Below are positions 1 to 10,619 of a stretch of 64,000 nt of DNA, piece by piece (within the stretch, counting starts at the first letter, position 1; every line of letters starts with the position of its first letter). The notes beneath the pieces are model-generated. The model was given only the letters and a program-made list of their open reading frames with translations. It was not told the DNA's origin and did no database searches. Source of the DNA: Candidatus Poribacteria bacterium (GTDB lineage Bacteria; Poribacteria; WGA-4E; WGA-3G); the NCBI GenBank assembly GCA_963663765.2, contig CAXXUA010000003.1, positions 448,001 through 512,000 on the forward strand. The letters run 5' to 3'. Position numbers and translations under genes: made by a program.

Positions 1-208
1 TCTTGTGTGTAAAACCGAGTGTTCTTGCGAGGTCTGGTTGGGTTCGGGCCCAAGTTGCGATGGATGTATATCCTTTATGTCCAGTCATAAAACCAATAAT
101 GTTAAGTCCGATGATTGATTTCAATGGGTGTCGTTTTCCTTTATTGTTGCGCGGGTCTTGGATTTCTGCTAATCTATCTAACAAGTGTCGAGAGTTTTTC
201 TCTGGCAT
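1..208 (-). CDS. ISAs1-family transposase, N-terminal part (runs off window)
   Basis: Manual translation from the ATG at 208 gives MPEKNSRHLLDRLAEIQDPRNNKGKRHPLKSIIGL...LGFTHK, homologous to the transposase at 39974. Not in the ORF track. Confidence 0.85.
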   Translation of the reverse strand, partial: MPEKNSRHLLDRLAEIQDPRNNKGKRHPLKSIIGLNIIGFMTGHKGYTSIATWARTQPDLARTLGFTHK

Positions 209-344
209 TTTTCACCTCAAAGGTAAGATTTTTTAGGTGAAGTATAGCAGATATAGCGCGATAAATCACGCTATATCTGCATATCCAAAAATATTAACGA
301 TTGTGATAAAAAACAACCAAAACTCTTAAAACTAAATAACCCTG
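1..344 (-). mobile_element. Left end of an ISAs1-family IS (TIR CAGGGTTATTTAGTTTT)
   Basis: aaaactaaataaccctg ending at 344 is a CAGGG-type ISAs1 terminus. Hairpin gcagatatagcg...cgctatatctgc (247-280) lies upstream of the transposase. Confidence 0.8.
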
Positions 345-550
345 GGACTTACGCAGTTTTCTTGATTTAATCAAGAAATAAGATTAGAATGATGTTATTT
401 TCAGCATTTTTTATGTTTCCAGCGCGCTTACAAAGCACAAAATCAAGAAATCAAGAAATCAACGGTATGAATGCCTTTTGGCATTCCCCCAAATCAACGG
501 TATGAATGCCATTTAGGCATTCCCCCGTACAGTTGGGTGCGTAAGTCCTG
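345..550. mobile_element. IS701-end MITE (CAGGACTTACGCA family), first 2 nt lost at the ISAs1 junction
   Basis: ggacttacgcag...tgcgtaagtcctg, the same ends as IS 47137-48227. Contains hairpin mini-elements. Confidence 0.8.
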
Positions 551-570
551 ATCAAAATAAAAAGGAAGGT

Positions 571-2298
571 ATGGCGAATTATCAAGAATTGGCACAACTC
601 GTTTGGAATGTAGCGGATGATGTGCTACGAAACTTGTTCAAACAGCACGAATACGGTGACATCACCCTACCATTTCTGGTGTTGCGCCGATTAGACTGTA
701 TTTTGGAAGAAAATGGACGGAAAGAGGAAGCCATCAAAACCTTCAATCAGTTTAAGGATCAAGTAACCGAAGAATCCCTACCACCGATTATCAAAAATAA
801 AATCAACACCAATTTCTAAAACATCTCCAAATACAACCTTTCTCGATTGAAAGATGACCGAAACAATATCCATCTCAATTTTGAGAATTACATCGGTGGT
901 TTTAGCAAAAACGTGCGTGACATCATTGAGAACTTCAATCTCGATCGGTTTATTGAACGTCTGCACGATAACAATCGCCTTTACATATTTTGTGAAAAGT
1001 TCACTGAAGTAGATTTGCACCCAAATGAAGTGGACAACCGCACGATGGGATTGGTCTTTGAGGAACTGCTCCGAAAATTCTCTGAGATGTCCAACGAAAC
1101 CAGCGGAGAACACTACACACCGCGCGATGTCGTACAGTTATTGGTTAATTTGCTATTTGCAGAACACAGTCAAGAACTGCGCGGTGAGGGAATTGTCCGT
1201 AGTATCTTCGATCCGTGTTGCGGAACTGGTGGGATGTTGACCATTGGAAAAAAATACTTCCACGACAAAATTAATCCAAATGCAACCATCCGACTATTAG
1301 GACAGGAACTGAACGCGCAGACCTACGCAATCTGTAAGTCGGATATGCTCATTATTGAAGAAGATCCCGACAATATCCGACACGGTTCCAGTCTTTCAAA
1401 TGACAGATTTCAAAGGGAACGTTTTGATTATATGATCACTAATCCACCCTTTGGAGTCAGTTGGAAATCGGACGAATATGCAGTGAAATCAGACGCACAA
1501 ACCGCTAACGGTAGATTCTCTGCGGGAACACCGCGCTCCTCAGATGGTGCATTGCTGTTCCTGCAACACATGATTTCCAAAATGGAGAACCGCGGGAGTC
1601 GCATCGGAATCGTCTTTAACGGATCACCGCTCTTTACAGGTGATGCGGGGAGCGGTGAAAGCAATATCCGAAAATGGATCATTGAAAATGACTGGTTGGA
1701 GTGTATTATTGCCCTACCTGAAAAATTGTTCTTTAATACCAGTATCGCCACCTATATCTGGATCTTAACCAATAAGAAATCAGCAGCACGACAGGGAAAT
1801 ATCCAACTCATCAACGCCGTTGACTTTCACGACGACATGAAAAGGAATCTCGGACAAAAGAACGCTCTCGTTTCCGATAAACATATCCACCAAATAGCTG
1901 AACTGTACACAAACTTTGAAGAAACCGAACACTGCAAAATCTACCCAAACGAGTTTTTTGGTTATACAAAAGTAACGGTTGAGAGACCACTCATTGACGA
2001 GGAAACAGGGGACATCGTCACAGACAGTAAAGGCAATCCGAAACCAGATTCCAAGTTACGAGACCATGAACGCGTGCCTCTCTCTGATAACATCGATGGC
2101 TACTACCAACGAGAGGTTAAACCGCACGTGCCTGATAGTTGGATGGACAGGAAGAAGGATAAAGTAGGGTATGAAATCAACTTCAATCGGTATTTCTATC
2201 AGTACACACCGCTACGTTCACTCAAGGAGATTGCTGATGAAATACTGACTCTTGAACGCAAAAGTGAAGGCTTACTGAATGAGGTGTTAGGACTATAA
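571..2298 (+). pseudogene. hsdM: Type I RM methyltransferase HsdM with one in-frame premature stop (TAA 817-819)
   Basis: ORFs 571-819 and 847-2298 are in the same frame (NTNF*NISKY). Motifs GEHYTPR, DPCCGTGG and NPPF are present. Confidence 0.9.
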
Positions 2299-2377
2299 AA
2301 GGGATAAGTTATGATTACCGAACTCAGAGCGCAAAATTTCAAATCATGGCAAGATACGGATACGTTACAGTTTGCAC

Positions 2378-3835
2378 GGGTGTGTAAAGTTTTTGTCACA
2401 AGAATGTACTGAATACAGATCTTGCTTAGTATTAGGTTAAATGGTATCCTTCTAAAAAACACTTTTTTATCAGAGAGGATACCAATGTTTAGTATATCAT
2501 TAGCAAGTTGTGAAGTCGAAGAGTTTAGAGAAGATGCAATCCATTTTGTAGAAAAGATCAATAATGTTTTACACACCCTTAGTTCAGACAGTCTTTATGT
2601 AGACGCTATGGAGATAATAGCCTTAGAGACGATGCGTTCGTTAGGTCAAATGATGTTAGAAATGGGTGTTCTCAAACATTCCGTTGAACAAGTTTCTGGA
2701 TCTGTTGAATGTCCACAATGTCAACAAGCGTGTCGTCCGTATCGTAAAAGAGAACGCCGTATTACGACGCTATGTGGTGTTATTCGTGTTGACCGTTGGG
2801 TGTATCGTTGTGCTTCGGGTCATTATCATTTTCCGTGGGATACGAAAGAAAAGTTGAAAGGTCAATACACACATCGTGTAGCTGAAGTGATGTGTTGTAT
2901 GTCTGCGCGTCTTGACTTCAGGGAGGCAGCAGAGGAGTTGTTTCGTCAAGGGATAGAAGTCAGTCATACGACCCTCAATCAAAATGTGCGTGAATGGTCA
3001 AAAGCGTTGCGGGATTCACAACAAGTGGAAACACAAAAACTTGAGGCAAATCAGCGTTGGTATGTGAGTTGTGATGGATGCCACACCAACTCACAAGAGG
3101 GGTGGAAAGAAACCAAAGTTGGTTGTATTTATAGAGATTATCCACAACCTCCAAATAGTTCTGGTGCGACACCGAGTGCGAGAACACCAAGCATTCGTTA
3201 TGTTGCGGAGCGTGAGAATGCTGCTCATTTCGGTAAAGCGTTGTATAAGTTAGCAACGCAGAGCGGCATCTATCAAGAAGATATAGGCACGCAAGAGGTC
3301 GTGTTTATCGGAGATGGAGCGGCGTGGATATGGAACTTAGCGGCTGAATACTTCCCGAATGCTGTAGAGATTGTGGATTACATGCATGCCAAATCACATC
3401 TTTATGATGTGGCTAAAGTTGCCTTTGGTGAGACAGAAACAGAAGACGTAGAAACTTGGGTCACAGAGACAGAACCCTTTCTTTTTGATGGCAACATTCC
3501 AGAAGTTGTCTCACGTATCCGTGCTTTAGCCACACAGCACCCAGACGTTTGTGAGATTTTAGTAAGAGAAACAGGTTATTTTGAAAAACACGCGAAACGG
3601 ATGCAATATAAAACGTTTAGAGATAAGGGGTATCAGGTTGGGAGTGGTGTGATTGAGAGTGCGTGTAAACATGTTGTGGGACAAAGGTGTAAACAAGCTT
3701 CTATGAGATGGGAGAAACCGGGTATTAATGCTGTTCTAAGTTGGAGATGTCTGTTGAAGAATAATGCCTGGGACAGATATTGGTATCCAGACACAAAAGC
3801 CGCATAACACTTAGTGACAAAAACTTTACACACCC
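2378..3835 (+). mobile_element. Complete ISKra4/ISLre2-like IS
   Basis: 22-bp perfect TIR gggtgtgtaaagtttttgtcac. 8-bp TSD gtttgcac at 2370-2377 and 3836-3843. Confidence 0.92.
2485..3807 (+). CDS. ISKra4/ISLre2-family DDE transposase
   Basis: CPQC zinc ribbon, CDG, IGDGAAWIW, DYMHA and GSGVIESAC motifs. ATG 2485 follows gagagga. Confidence 0.88.
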   Translation: MFSISLASCEVEEFREDAIHFVEKINNVLHTLSSDSLYVDAMEIIALETMRSLGQMMLEMGVLKHSVEQVSGSVECPQCQQACRPYRKRERRITTLCGVIRVDRWVYRCASGHYHFPWDTKEKLKGQYTHRVAEVMCCMSARLDFREAAEELFRQGIEVSHTTLNQNVREWSKALRDSQQVETQKLEANQRWYVSCDGCHTNSQEGWKETKVGCIYRDYPQPPNSSGATPSARTPSIRYVAERENAAHFGKALYKLATQSGIYQEDIGTQEVVFIGDGAAWIWNLAAEYFPNAVEIVDYMHAKSHLYDVAKVAFGETETEDVETWVTETEPFLFDGNIPEVVSRIRALATQHPDVCEILVRETGYFEKHAKRMQYKTFRDKGYQVGSGVIESACKHVVGQRCKQASMRWEKPGINAVLSWRCLLKNNAWDRYWYPDTKAA

Positions 3836-3883
3836 GTTTGCACCATTGACTGGACTTTTCGGCGCGAATAGCTCTGGTAAAAC

Positions 3884-5382
3884 TAGTGCTTAGTCAACAT
3901 ATTTTCGTAGGTCGTGATTCGGTGATCGCACCTACAGAAATCTTTGTATTGTAGGAGGGAACTCCGATTCCCGACTTCTTTTTAGCTCCATCAATAAGCA
4001 CGTTCCTAAGCAGTAGCACATTCATCCAGATTGTGCGGTCAGTTGTAGTGCTTAGTCAACATATTTTCGTAGGTTGTGAATCGGAGATCGCTCCTACAGA
4101 AATCTTGGTATTGTAGGAGGGAACTCCGATTCCCGACTTCTTTTTAGTCCCATCAATAAGCACGTTCCTAAGCAGTAGCACATTCATCCAGATTGTGCGG
4201 TCAGTTGTAGTGCTTTGTCAACATATTTTCGTAGGTTGTGAATCGGAGATCGCTCCTACAGAAGTCTTGTGTATTGTGTGTATTGTAGGAGGGAACTCCG
4301 ATTCCCGACTTCTTTTTAGCTCCATCAATAAGCACGTGCCTAATCAGTAGCACATTCATCCAGATTGTGCGGTCAGTTGTAGTGCTTAGTCAACATATTT
4401 TCGCAGGTCGTGAATCGGAGATCGTTCCTACAGAAATCTTTGTATTGTAGGAGGGAACTCCGATTCCCGACTTCTTTTTAGCTCCATCAATAAGCACGTG
4501 CCTAATCAGTAGCACATTCATCCAAATTGTGCGGTCAGTTGTAGTGCTTAGTCAACATACTATTGTAGGTCGTGAATCGGAAATCGCTCCTACAGAAATC
4601 TTTATATTGTAGGAGGGAACTCCGATTCCCGACTTCTTTTTAGCTCCATCAATAAGCACGTGACTAAGCAGTAGCACATTCATCCAGATTGTGCGGTCAG
4701 TTGTAGTGCTTAGTCAACATACTATTGTAGGTCGTGAATCGGAAATCGCTCCTACAGACATCTTTGTATTGTAGGAGGGAACTCCGATTCCCGACTTCTT
4801 TTTAGTCCCATCAATAAGCACGTTCCTAAGCAGTAGCACATTCATCCAGATTGTGCGGTCAGTTGTAGTGCTTAGTCAACATATTTTCGTAGGTTGTGAA
4901 TCGGAGATCGCTCCTACAGAAGTCTTGTGTATTGTGTGTATTGTAGGAGGGAACTCCGATTCCCGACTTCTTTTTAGTCCCATCAATAAGCACGTTCCTA
5001 AGCAGTAGCACATTCATCCAGATTGTGCGGTCAGTTGTAGTGCTTTGTCAACATATTTTCGTAGGTTGTGAATCGGAGATCGCTCCTACAGAAGTCTTGT
5101 GTATTGTGTGTATTGTAGGAGGGAACTCCGATTCCCGACTTCTTTTTAGTCCCATCAATAAGCACGTTCCTAAGCAGTAGCACATTCATCCAGATTGTGC
5201 GGTCAGTTGTAGTGCTTAGTCAACATACTATTGTAGGTCGTGAATCGGAAATCGCTCCTACAGAAATCTTTATATTGTAGGAGGGAACTCCGATTCCCGA
5301 CTTCTTTTTAGCTCCATCAATAAGCACGTGACTAAGCAGTAGCACATTCTTGCAGATTGTGCGGTCAGTTGTAGTGCTTAGT
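3884..5382. repeat. Tandem array of nine 162/172-bp units built from GTAG REP hairpins (BIME-like)
   Basis: Units start at 3884, 4046, 4208, 4380, 4542, 4704, 4866, 5038 and 5210, with a partial unit at 5372. No unique spacers. Confidence 0.95.
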
Positions 5383-5555
5383 GGTTTACTCGCTAAACAT
5401 TTATTATGTAGAGAACGGACAGAATAAACCCAAAAGTCCCTTCCCATCGCTTGCGGAGGATAAAGGAAGGTGGGTTTAGGAAATTCAAAACACAAATACT
5501 TAGCGAGTCAACATATAGTTAACTGACTCAAATCAGGATGTTGCTCAATTTACGT

Positions 5556-5681
5556 TATAGTAAAATTCACAATTACTTATACACTCCGGTTGGTTCGGTT
5601 TCCGAACCGAACCTGTATAAATCGTGCGGTTAAAAACCGCACCTACCATGGAGTGTAGACATATATTTGGATTTCACTATA
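5556..5681. mobile_element. MITE with tatagt(g/a)aaat ends and a REP core
   Basis: Inverted ends tatagtaaaatt...atttcactata. Related copy at 50420-50558. Confidence 0.55.
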
Positions 5682-5844
5682 AGTTACTAATTGGTAAAAT
5701 TGGTAATATTTTCTTCGGAAAAACCCAGTCATAGACAAGATTCGTGTACATAAAAAATTACCAATTGCCTGAAAGTAGCGACTTGTGCTAAATAACTATT
5801 TAGTAAAATTTACTTCACATAGACCAATACCTTCGCCAATAATA

Positions 5845-6454
5845 CAGGGTTATTTAGTTTTAAGAGTTTTCTGTTATTGAGATTTACTGAAAGTTAATAC
5901 CCAGGTTCGGTTTCCTATTCAAATTTTCTGCATCAGTTTTAGATTATTGAAACATGAACATAGCTCTTTAGTCCCGACAAATGCATTATGGGGAATGCCT
6001 AAATGGCATTCATACCGTTGATTTGGCGCATTTGGCGTTGATTTGGTAGGGACGATATGTTTATAGAAAACGATAACACGCCACAACTCTTTAGTGGTTT
6101 TCTTGCTATGTATTTATTATATGTTTCCATTGATGATCTCCTACTTAAACGGATGACTACTGGGTTCTTCAGCATTGGACTTTTATTTTATGCTAAAATT
6201 AATTGCCGAAAGAACCATTTAGTCTCGTAGGGACGATATGTTTATAGAAAACGATAACACGCCACAACTCTTTAGTCCCGTAGGGACGATATGTTTATTC
6301 TTCTATGTCGTTCCTACGGAACTCAATTGGGGTGGAAAAGATTTTCTATAAACATATCGTCCCTACTGGACTAAAGAACTCGACAAGATGGCACCCCATA
6401 AAATTAACGACATAGCAAAATAATATCAAAAATATTGAAAACTAAATAACCCTG
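5845..6454. mobile_element. ISAs1-end MITE with nested REP, mini-element and MITE insertions
   Basis: TIR cagggttatttagtttt. 10-bp TSD gccaataata at 5835-5844 and 6455-6464. Core of gtcccgtagggac repeats. Related to 40553-40911. Confidence 0.9.
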
Positions 6455-6465
6455 GCCAATAATAG

Positions 6466-6577
6466 ACATTCTTCCAGATTGTGTGTGTAACTGTAGCACA
6501 TTCTTCCAGATTGTGCGGATAACTGTAGCACATTCTTCCAGATTGTGCGGGCAGTTGTAGCACATTCTGACAGATTG
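6466..6577. repeat. ~3.5 x 32-bp tandem GTAG-REP repeat (gtagcacattcttccagattgtgc)
   Basis: Directly visible. Same REP as in the 162-bp array unit. Confidence 0.85.
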
Positions 6578-6686
6578 CTGATATAGGCATTTTTATTGTC
6601 AAATTAGACGCTATGATAATTAAAAATACTTCAACGAAAACCTGAAGTTATTTTTATTTATGTAATTCTAACAATATCACAGAGCA

Positions 6687-8519
6687 ATGGTAAATCAACA
6701 CTATAGACTCATTCAACTGAAACACTCAAGAATGGCGAAGGTATTGATTTTAAATTGGTGCTTATTTATGAGGATGAAATTCAACGATTGCATGGTTGCA
6801 CTTGAACGGAAAGTTGAACACTTATGACGCAGCGGGCGGTAATCATCGGTTGCTTACACTTGAACTTGTCTACCAAAGTGGGGGTGAGGCACGCGATGCC
6901 TATATTCAACATCTCAGCGAAATTTTACCTGAATACGGAATTGACCCTGCGGAACTCCAAAACTTCGAATAACTTGTTCTTGTGCGTCAGGTAGAAGGCA
7001 CACTTGAAAACGAAGAAGCATTCGCAAAAGCGTCTAACAGACAAGACGCTGCACCCTTGACTGCCGAGACACAAGCTGCGGAAGATGCCGAAGCACTTAC
7101 AGATGAAATCTTTGAAGGATTCTCATTTGGTAAACCGGGCGGAAGTAACAGACAAACAATAGCTCAGATATTAGCTGACCCTTCTGACCAGAACCACCGA
7201 GCGTTTGTCAAGTTTGTCAATAAACTTGTGCAATCCGCAAGGTCAAGGTATAGACATGGGGATACAGAGAAATTTTCACCTGAAGCCCGCCATTTATTTG
7301 AAAATGTTGTGTTTCACAGGGTATTTGCTGAGACGGAACGTGGGCAGGCGTTGTTTGAACTCAAAGAGAACGGTACACTTGCACCGACACAAAACGGACG
7401 CGCATTGATGATAATACTACCACACCTTGCGAAGTTCGATGCGTTTTTCACAAAATACAGGGACGATGTGCGGGCACTCTCAATTTCTAAAGATGTCGCT
7501 GCGGCATTTCATCTACTTTCTACCTTGAGAGGTGACCCCTATAACATGCGTGTTGGGCAAGCCGCTGTTCATCTTGATACCATGCCGATGGCCGATGATC
7601 CTACAATGACAGAGACGGGTATGGAAATAGCCCGCGCACTGAATGGTATTAAAGATGTAAAATCCGTCGCTAATATTATCATTAATTATATAGGGAAAGC
7701 GATAGAGACTGTAGAAGCAAGTGGTGTGCCTGTAGCACAACAAGACGCTATGTTTGAAGGTGGCGATGTGTATACCGGTCCGTCAAAAGATGTCATGTTG
7801 ACAGAAATTATAGAAGAGTCCAAAAAACCTAAAAAGAAAACCGAAGATACCGGACAAACAGATTTATTCCCTGAAGGGGAAGAAGGAGATACTGATGCAA
7901 GAGAACCAGGAACACCTGCAAGAGGAACAGGAACACCCATTGAACGTAGCGGCACTGGAGATAATGAGACTCCAGTGGATAGTGGATAGTGGATAGTGGA
8001 GGAGGAGATAGAAGATCCGATGGAGGAGGCGGACGTGCTGGCGGGGCACCAGGACGAGCAGATACTGGACGGGGAACAGCTGCCGATCCTGCAGCTCCTG
8101 GAGCGGTGGACGATCGGACCGGACGGGGAGGACAACCATCCGACACTCCTGAAACTCCGGGAGATGACAGTGACGGGACAAGAGGACGAGATGCTGAACC
8201 TGCTGCACGGGACAGACAAGGAGATGATACCCGAACCCAATCCCAAGATAATAGACGCACCTCAAAAACAGATAGACGAGATAGTGTGGGGGATCAAGAA
8301 TCACCTGCATCTGATGCTAGTAGAGGTCGGGAGCCTGCTAAGAAAATAAGAAGGCAAAGAGCAAGAGAGATATTAGAGAAAAGAAAATCTGAACAACAAT
8401 CTGCTCAAGATTTAGGTAAACGTAGAGATGCTGCTCTGCGTAAACGTAGAGAAGCACGTCAGAAACAGGCAATAGAAAACAGGAATGAAGGCTTACTGAA
8501 TAAGGTGTTGGGGTTGTGA
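6687..8519 (+). pseudogene. Fragment of a large polyvalent protein with a ddrB-like ParB domain and a G/R/D-rich linker
   Basis: In frame upstream of ORF 6982: AAGGNHRLLTLELVY...YGIDPAELQNFE*LVLVRQ...FAKASN...QAAEDA, matching the GNxR...PVLVR...SN pattern. Stop at 6970 and a 14-nt repeat frameshift at 7974-8000. Start coordinate is approximate. Confidence 0.65.
7895..8349 (+). pseudogene. Putative overprinted acidic ~146-aa gene in the +1 frame, broken by the same 14-nt duplication
   Basis: RBS GAAGGAG precedes ATG 7895 (MQENQEHLQEEQEHPLNVAALEIMRLQWIV), which joins ORF 7996-8349 when two AGTGGAT units are removed. Confidence 0.5.
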
Positions 8520-8552
8520 GAGATTATTGATGTGATGGCATACAATAATTGA

Positions 8553-8717
8553 TACCGTATCTATTTTAGCATCTATTTAACCGAATCAGATAGCAAGACT
8601 ATTCTGATTCTGTGTGCTGGTGATAAATCGTCACAAACACGTGATATTGAACGTGCTAAAGAATATTCGTTAGATGTCAAACAGAGATATGAGGGATATA
8701 ATGATGGAACAATTTAG
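8553..8717 (+). pseudogene. Addiction-module killer (RelE/HigB-like) C-terminal remnant
   Basis: Manual translation YRIYF...ILILCAGDKSSQTRDIERAKEY. Overlaps the start of the antidote gene. Confidence 0.75.
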
Positions 8718-9543
8718 AACATGGCATGAAATATTAATGGAACGTCTTGCTGATCCAGAAGATGTTATCGGCTACCTTGAAGTTTCTCTTGAAGAATATT
8801 TAGATGATGGTGACAAGGCATTTTTTCTAAAGGGAATAAAAAATGTAATAGAAGCACAAGGCGGGATTCTTAACGTTTCAGATCAAGCTGACATTGATCC
8901 GAGGTTTCTTTCAGACGCTGTAAACAATGGATCCATACCACCTTTTCATATCCTTAGTTCAATTTTCACATCTTTTGGAGGCGGGGAACTCATTAATCTG
9001 CCACCGACAGAAATGGTGTTCAATGCAGTGTCACATGACAAATTACAGACTTCAGATAAAACGGTATCTAAACAAGCTACAAACAAAAAATTTACTGAAA
9101 GACAATTACAGAATATTAAATACTGGATGGGTTTGTGTGAGCATTTAGAACGGCGAGACAGTTATCTACAACGGCCAACGGCTAATGCATCTCATTACCG
9201 AGATTTACGGATTGGAATAAGAGGTTTTTCGTTAAGGGCAAGGCAGACTATTAAACATAGGGAAATCAGTGCTGCATTGATCATGAGAGGCGCAAATGCA
9301 ATAGGTCACTTCTACGCTTTAAGGGTGCAGGATGAAGAAATTGAGAGAGACTTTGGGGACAAATTGGAATGGTGGGCAAAGGCAAAATCTGAGAAACGCG
9401 TGGCTTTCAGAAATCAAGATGCAGACCCTACCGATGAGAAAGATTGGCATAATCAACACGAATGGTTGGCTGATATCCTTGAAAAATTACATGCCGTATT
9501 TTACCCGCGACTTGAAAAACTAATGATGGGGTTTAGGTCTTAA
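8701..9543 (+). CDS. Addiction-module antidote (HTH) fused to a DUF4268-like domain
   Basis: N-terminal YLEVSLEE...FLKGIKNVIEAQGG. C-terminal QLQNIKYW...IERDFGDKLEW...W...HEWL...L.AVF.PRL. Confidence 0.7.
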   Translation: MMEQFRTWHEILMERLADPEDVIGYLEVSLEEYLDDGDKAFFLKGIKNVIEAQGGILNVSDQADIDPRFLSDAVNNGSIPPFHILSSIFTSFGGGELINLPPTEMVFNAVSHDKLQTSDKTVSKQATNKKFTERQLQNIKYWMGLCEHLERRDSYLQRPTANASHYRDLRIGIRGFSLRARQTIKHREISAALIMRGANAIGHFYALRVQDEEIERDFGDKLEWWAKAKSEKRVAFRNQDADPTDEKDWHNQHEWLADILEKLHAVFYPRLEKLMMGFRS

Positions 9544-9615
9544 CGTTCAGCGAGCAATTGAAATGCAAATCCTGAATGTCCAAAGTTCAGTACTCTTTAT
9601 AGGAGATATTATATT

Positions 9616-10608
9616 GTGAATCAAAAGCCAAAGATATTTATTGCCTACTCACATGATTCTGAGGAACACAAAAACTGGGTAGGAGATTTTTCAAGAGAGT
9701 TACATTCTTACGGTATCAATGTAGTCCTTGATCAATGGGACCTTAAATACGGTGAAGATGTAACCTTATTCATAGAGTCAAATATTAGAGAGGCAAAAAA
9801 GGTATTAATTATATGCACGGATAAGTACATTGAAAAAACTAATGATCCTCAAGGTGGTGCTGGTTATGAAAGAATGATAGTATCCAGAGAACTGATTCAA
9901 AATGCTAGTTCAAACAAATTCATTCCCATTATCAGACAGTCCTCCGGTCAAAAATTAACCCCAGATTTTATGGGTGTTAGGTTTTATGCTGACTTTCGCG
10001 ATGACTCAAAATTTGAGGTAGAAGTTGAAAAATTAGCTAGCCATTTTGGGGTTAAGGTTTCTTCGGACAAATCTATAGAAAAGATGAGCAGGAGAAACCT
10101 CAAAAAAATTAGGGAAGATTTGATTAAGGAAGGTGGTTTGTTTGATTTTAATCCATCTTACAATAAAAGGCATTTCAATACATTAAATCGTTTAATTGTT
10201 AATAGCAACAAATATTTCAAATTAAATATACTGTTTGATGTGGAGATTGCATATACTTATGAAAGTTCAATTCATGGTATGCTAAGTGGTAATATGCTTG
10301 ATATACCAGTTGGTGATTTTTGTGGAATATATGAGTTTATCTACAAATTTCTTAATAATAATTTTACCATGACAGATTCTAAATATACTCAAGGATTAGT
10401 AACTATAATTGAGGAAGGAACTTCACAAGAAATTTTTGATTATTTACTAAAATTCAGAAAGATATTAGAACTTTTTGAGGAAATTATGGTAAACAATCAA
10501 GGAATTATTTCTCATGATTTTCCTAATGGTGAATATGATGAATATACATTAGTTGTTGTTAGAAGCAAGAAACAACAACTATCAGCTATACTTGACAAAT
10601 ATTACTAG
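9616..10608 (+). CDS. TIR/SEFIR-domain protein with an unknown C-terminal domain (likely defence)
   Basis: KIFIAYSHDS...LDQWDLKYGED...FIE...KVLIICTDKY...GGAGYE. AT-rich. RBS aggag. Confidence 0.85.
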   Translation: MNQKPKIFIAYSHDSEEHKNWVGDFSRELHSYGINVVLDQWDLKYGEDVTLFIESNIREAKKVLIICTDKYIEKTNDPQGGAGYERMIVSRELIQNASSNKFIPIIRQSSGQKLTPDFMGVRFYADFRDDSKFEVEVEKLASHFGVKVSSDKSIEKMSRRNLKKIREDLIKEGGLFDFNPSYNKRHFNTLNRLIVNSNKYFKLNILFDVEIAYTYESSIHGMLSGNMLDIPVGDFCGIYEFIYKFLNNNFTMTDSKYTQGLVTIIEEGTSQEIFDYLLKFRKILELFEEIMVNNQGIISHDFPNGEYDEYTLVVVRSKKQQLSAILDKYY

Positions 10609-10619
10609 TAAGAATTAGC

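Larger units (their letters stand above)
2311..3886 (+). pseudogene. AAA/ABC-type ATPase N-terminus, split by an IS and truncated by the repeat array
   Basis: Removing IS 2378-3835 and one TSD copy gives MITELRAQNFKSWQDTDTLQFAPLTGLFGANSSGKTS (Walker A). Confidence 0.8.

Noticed and set aside
3-236. Plus-strand ORF 3-236
   Set aside because: It is the shadow of the minus-strand ISAs1 transposase.
3884-5382. CRISPR or TIGR-like guide array
   Set aside because: Units are near-identical throughout, with no unique spacers and no cas-like gene nearby.
5220-5495. 91-aa ORF, and similar ORFs at 33668-33986, 50412-50663 and 55667-55849
   Set aside because: These are translations of REP or MITE sequence.
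7686-8310. Three minus-strand ORFs over the low-complexity linker
   Set aside because: They are antisense shadows with no RBS support that I could see.
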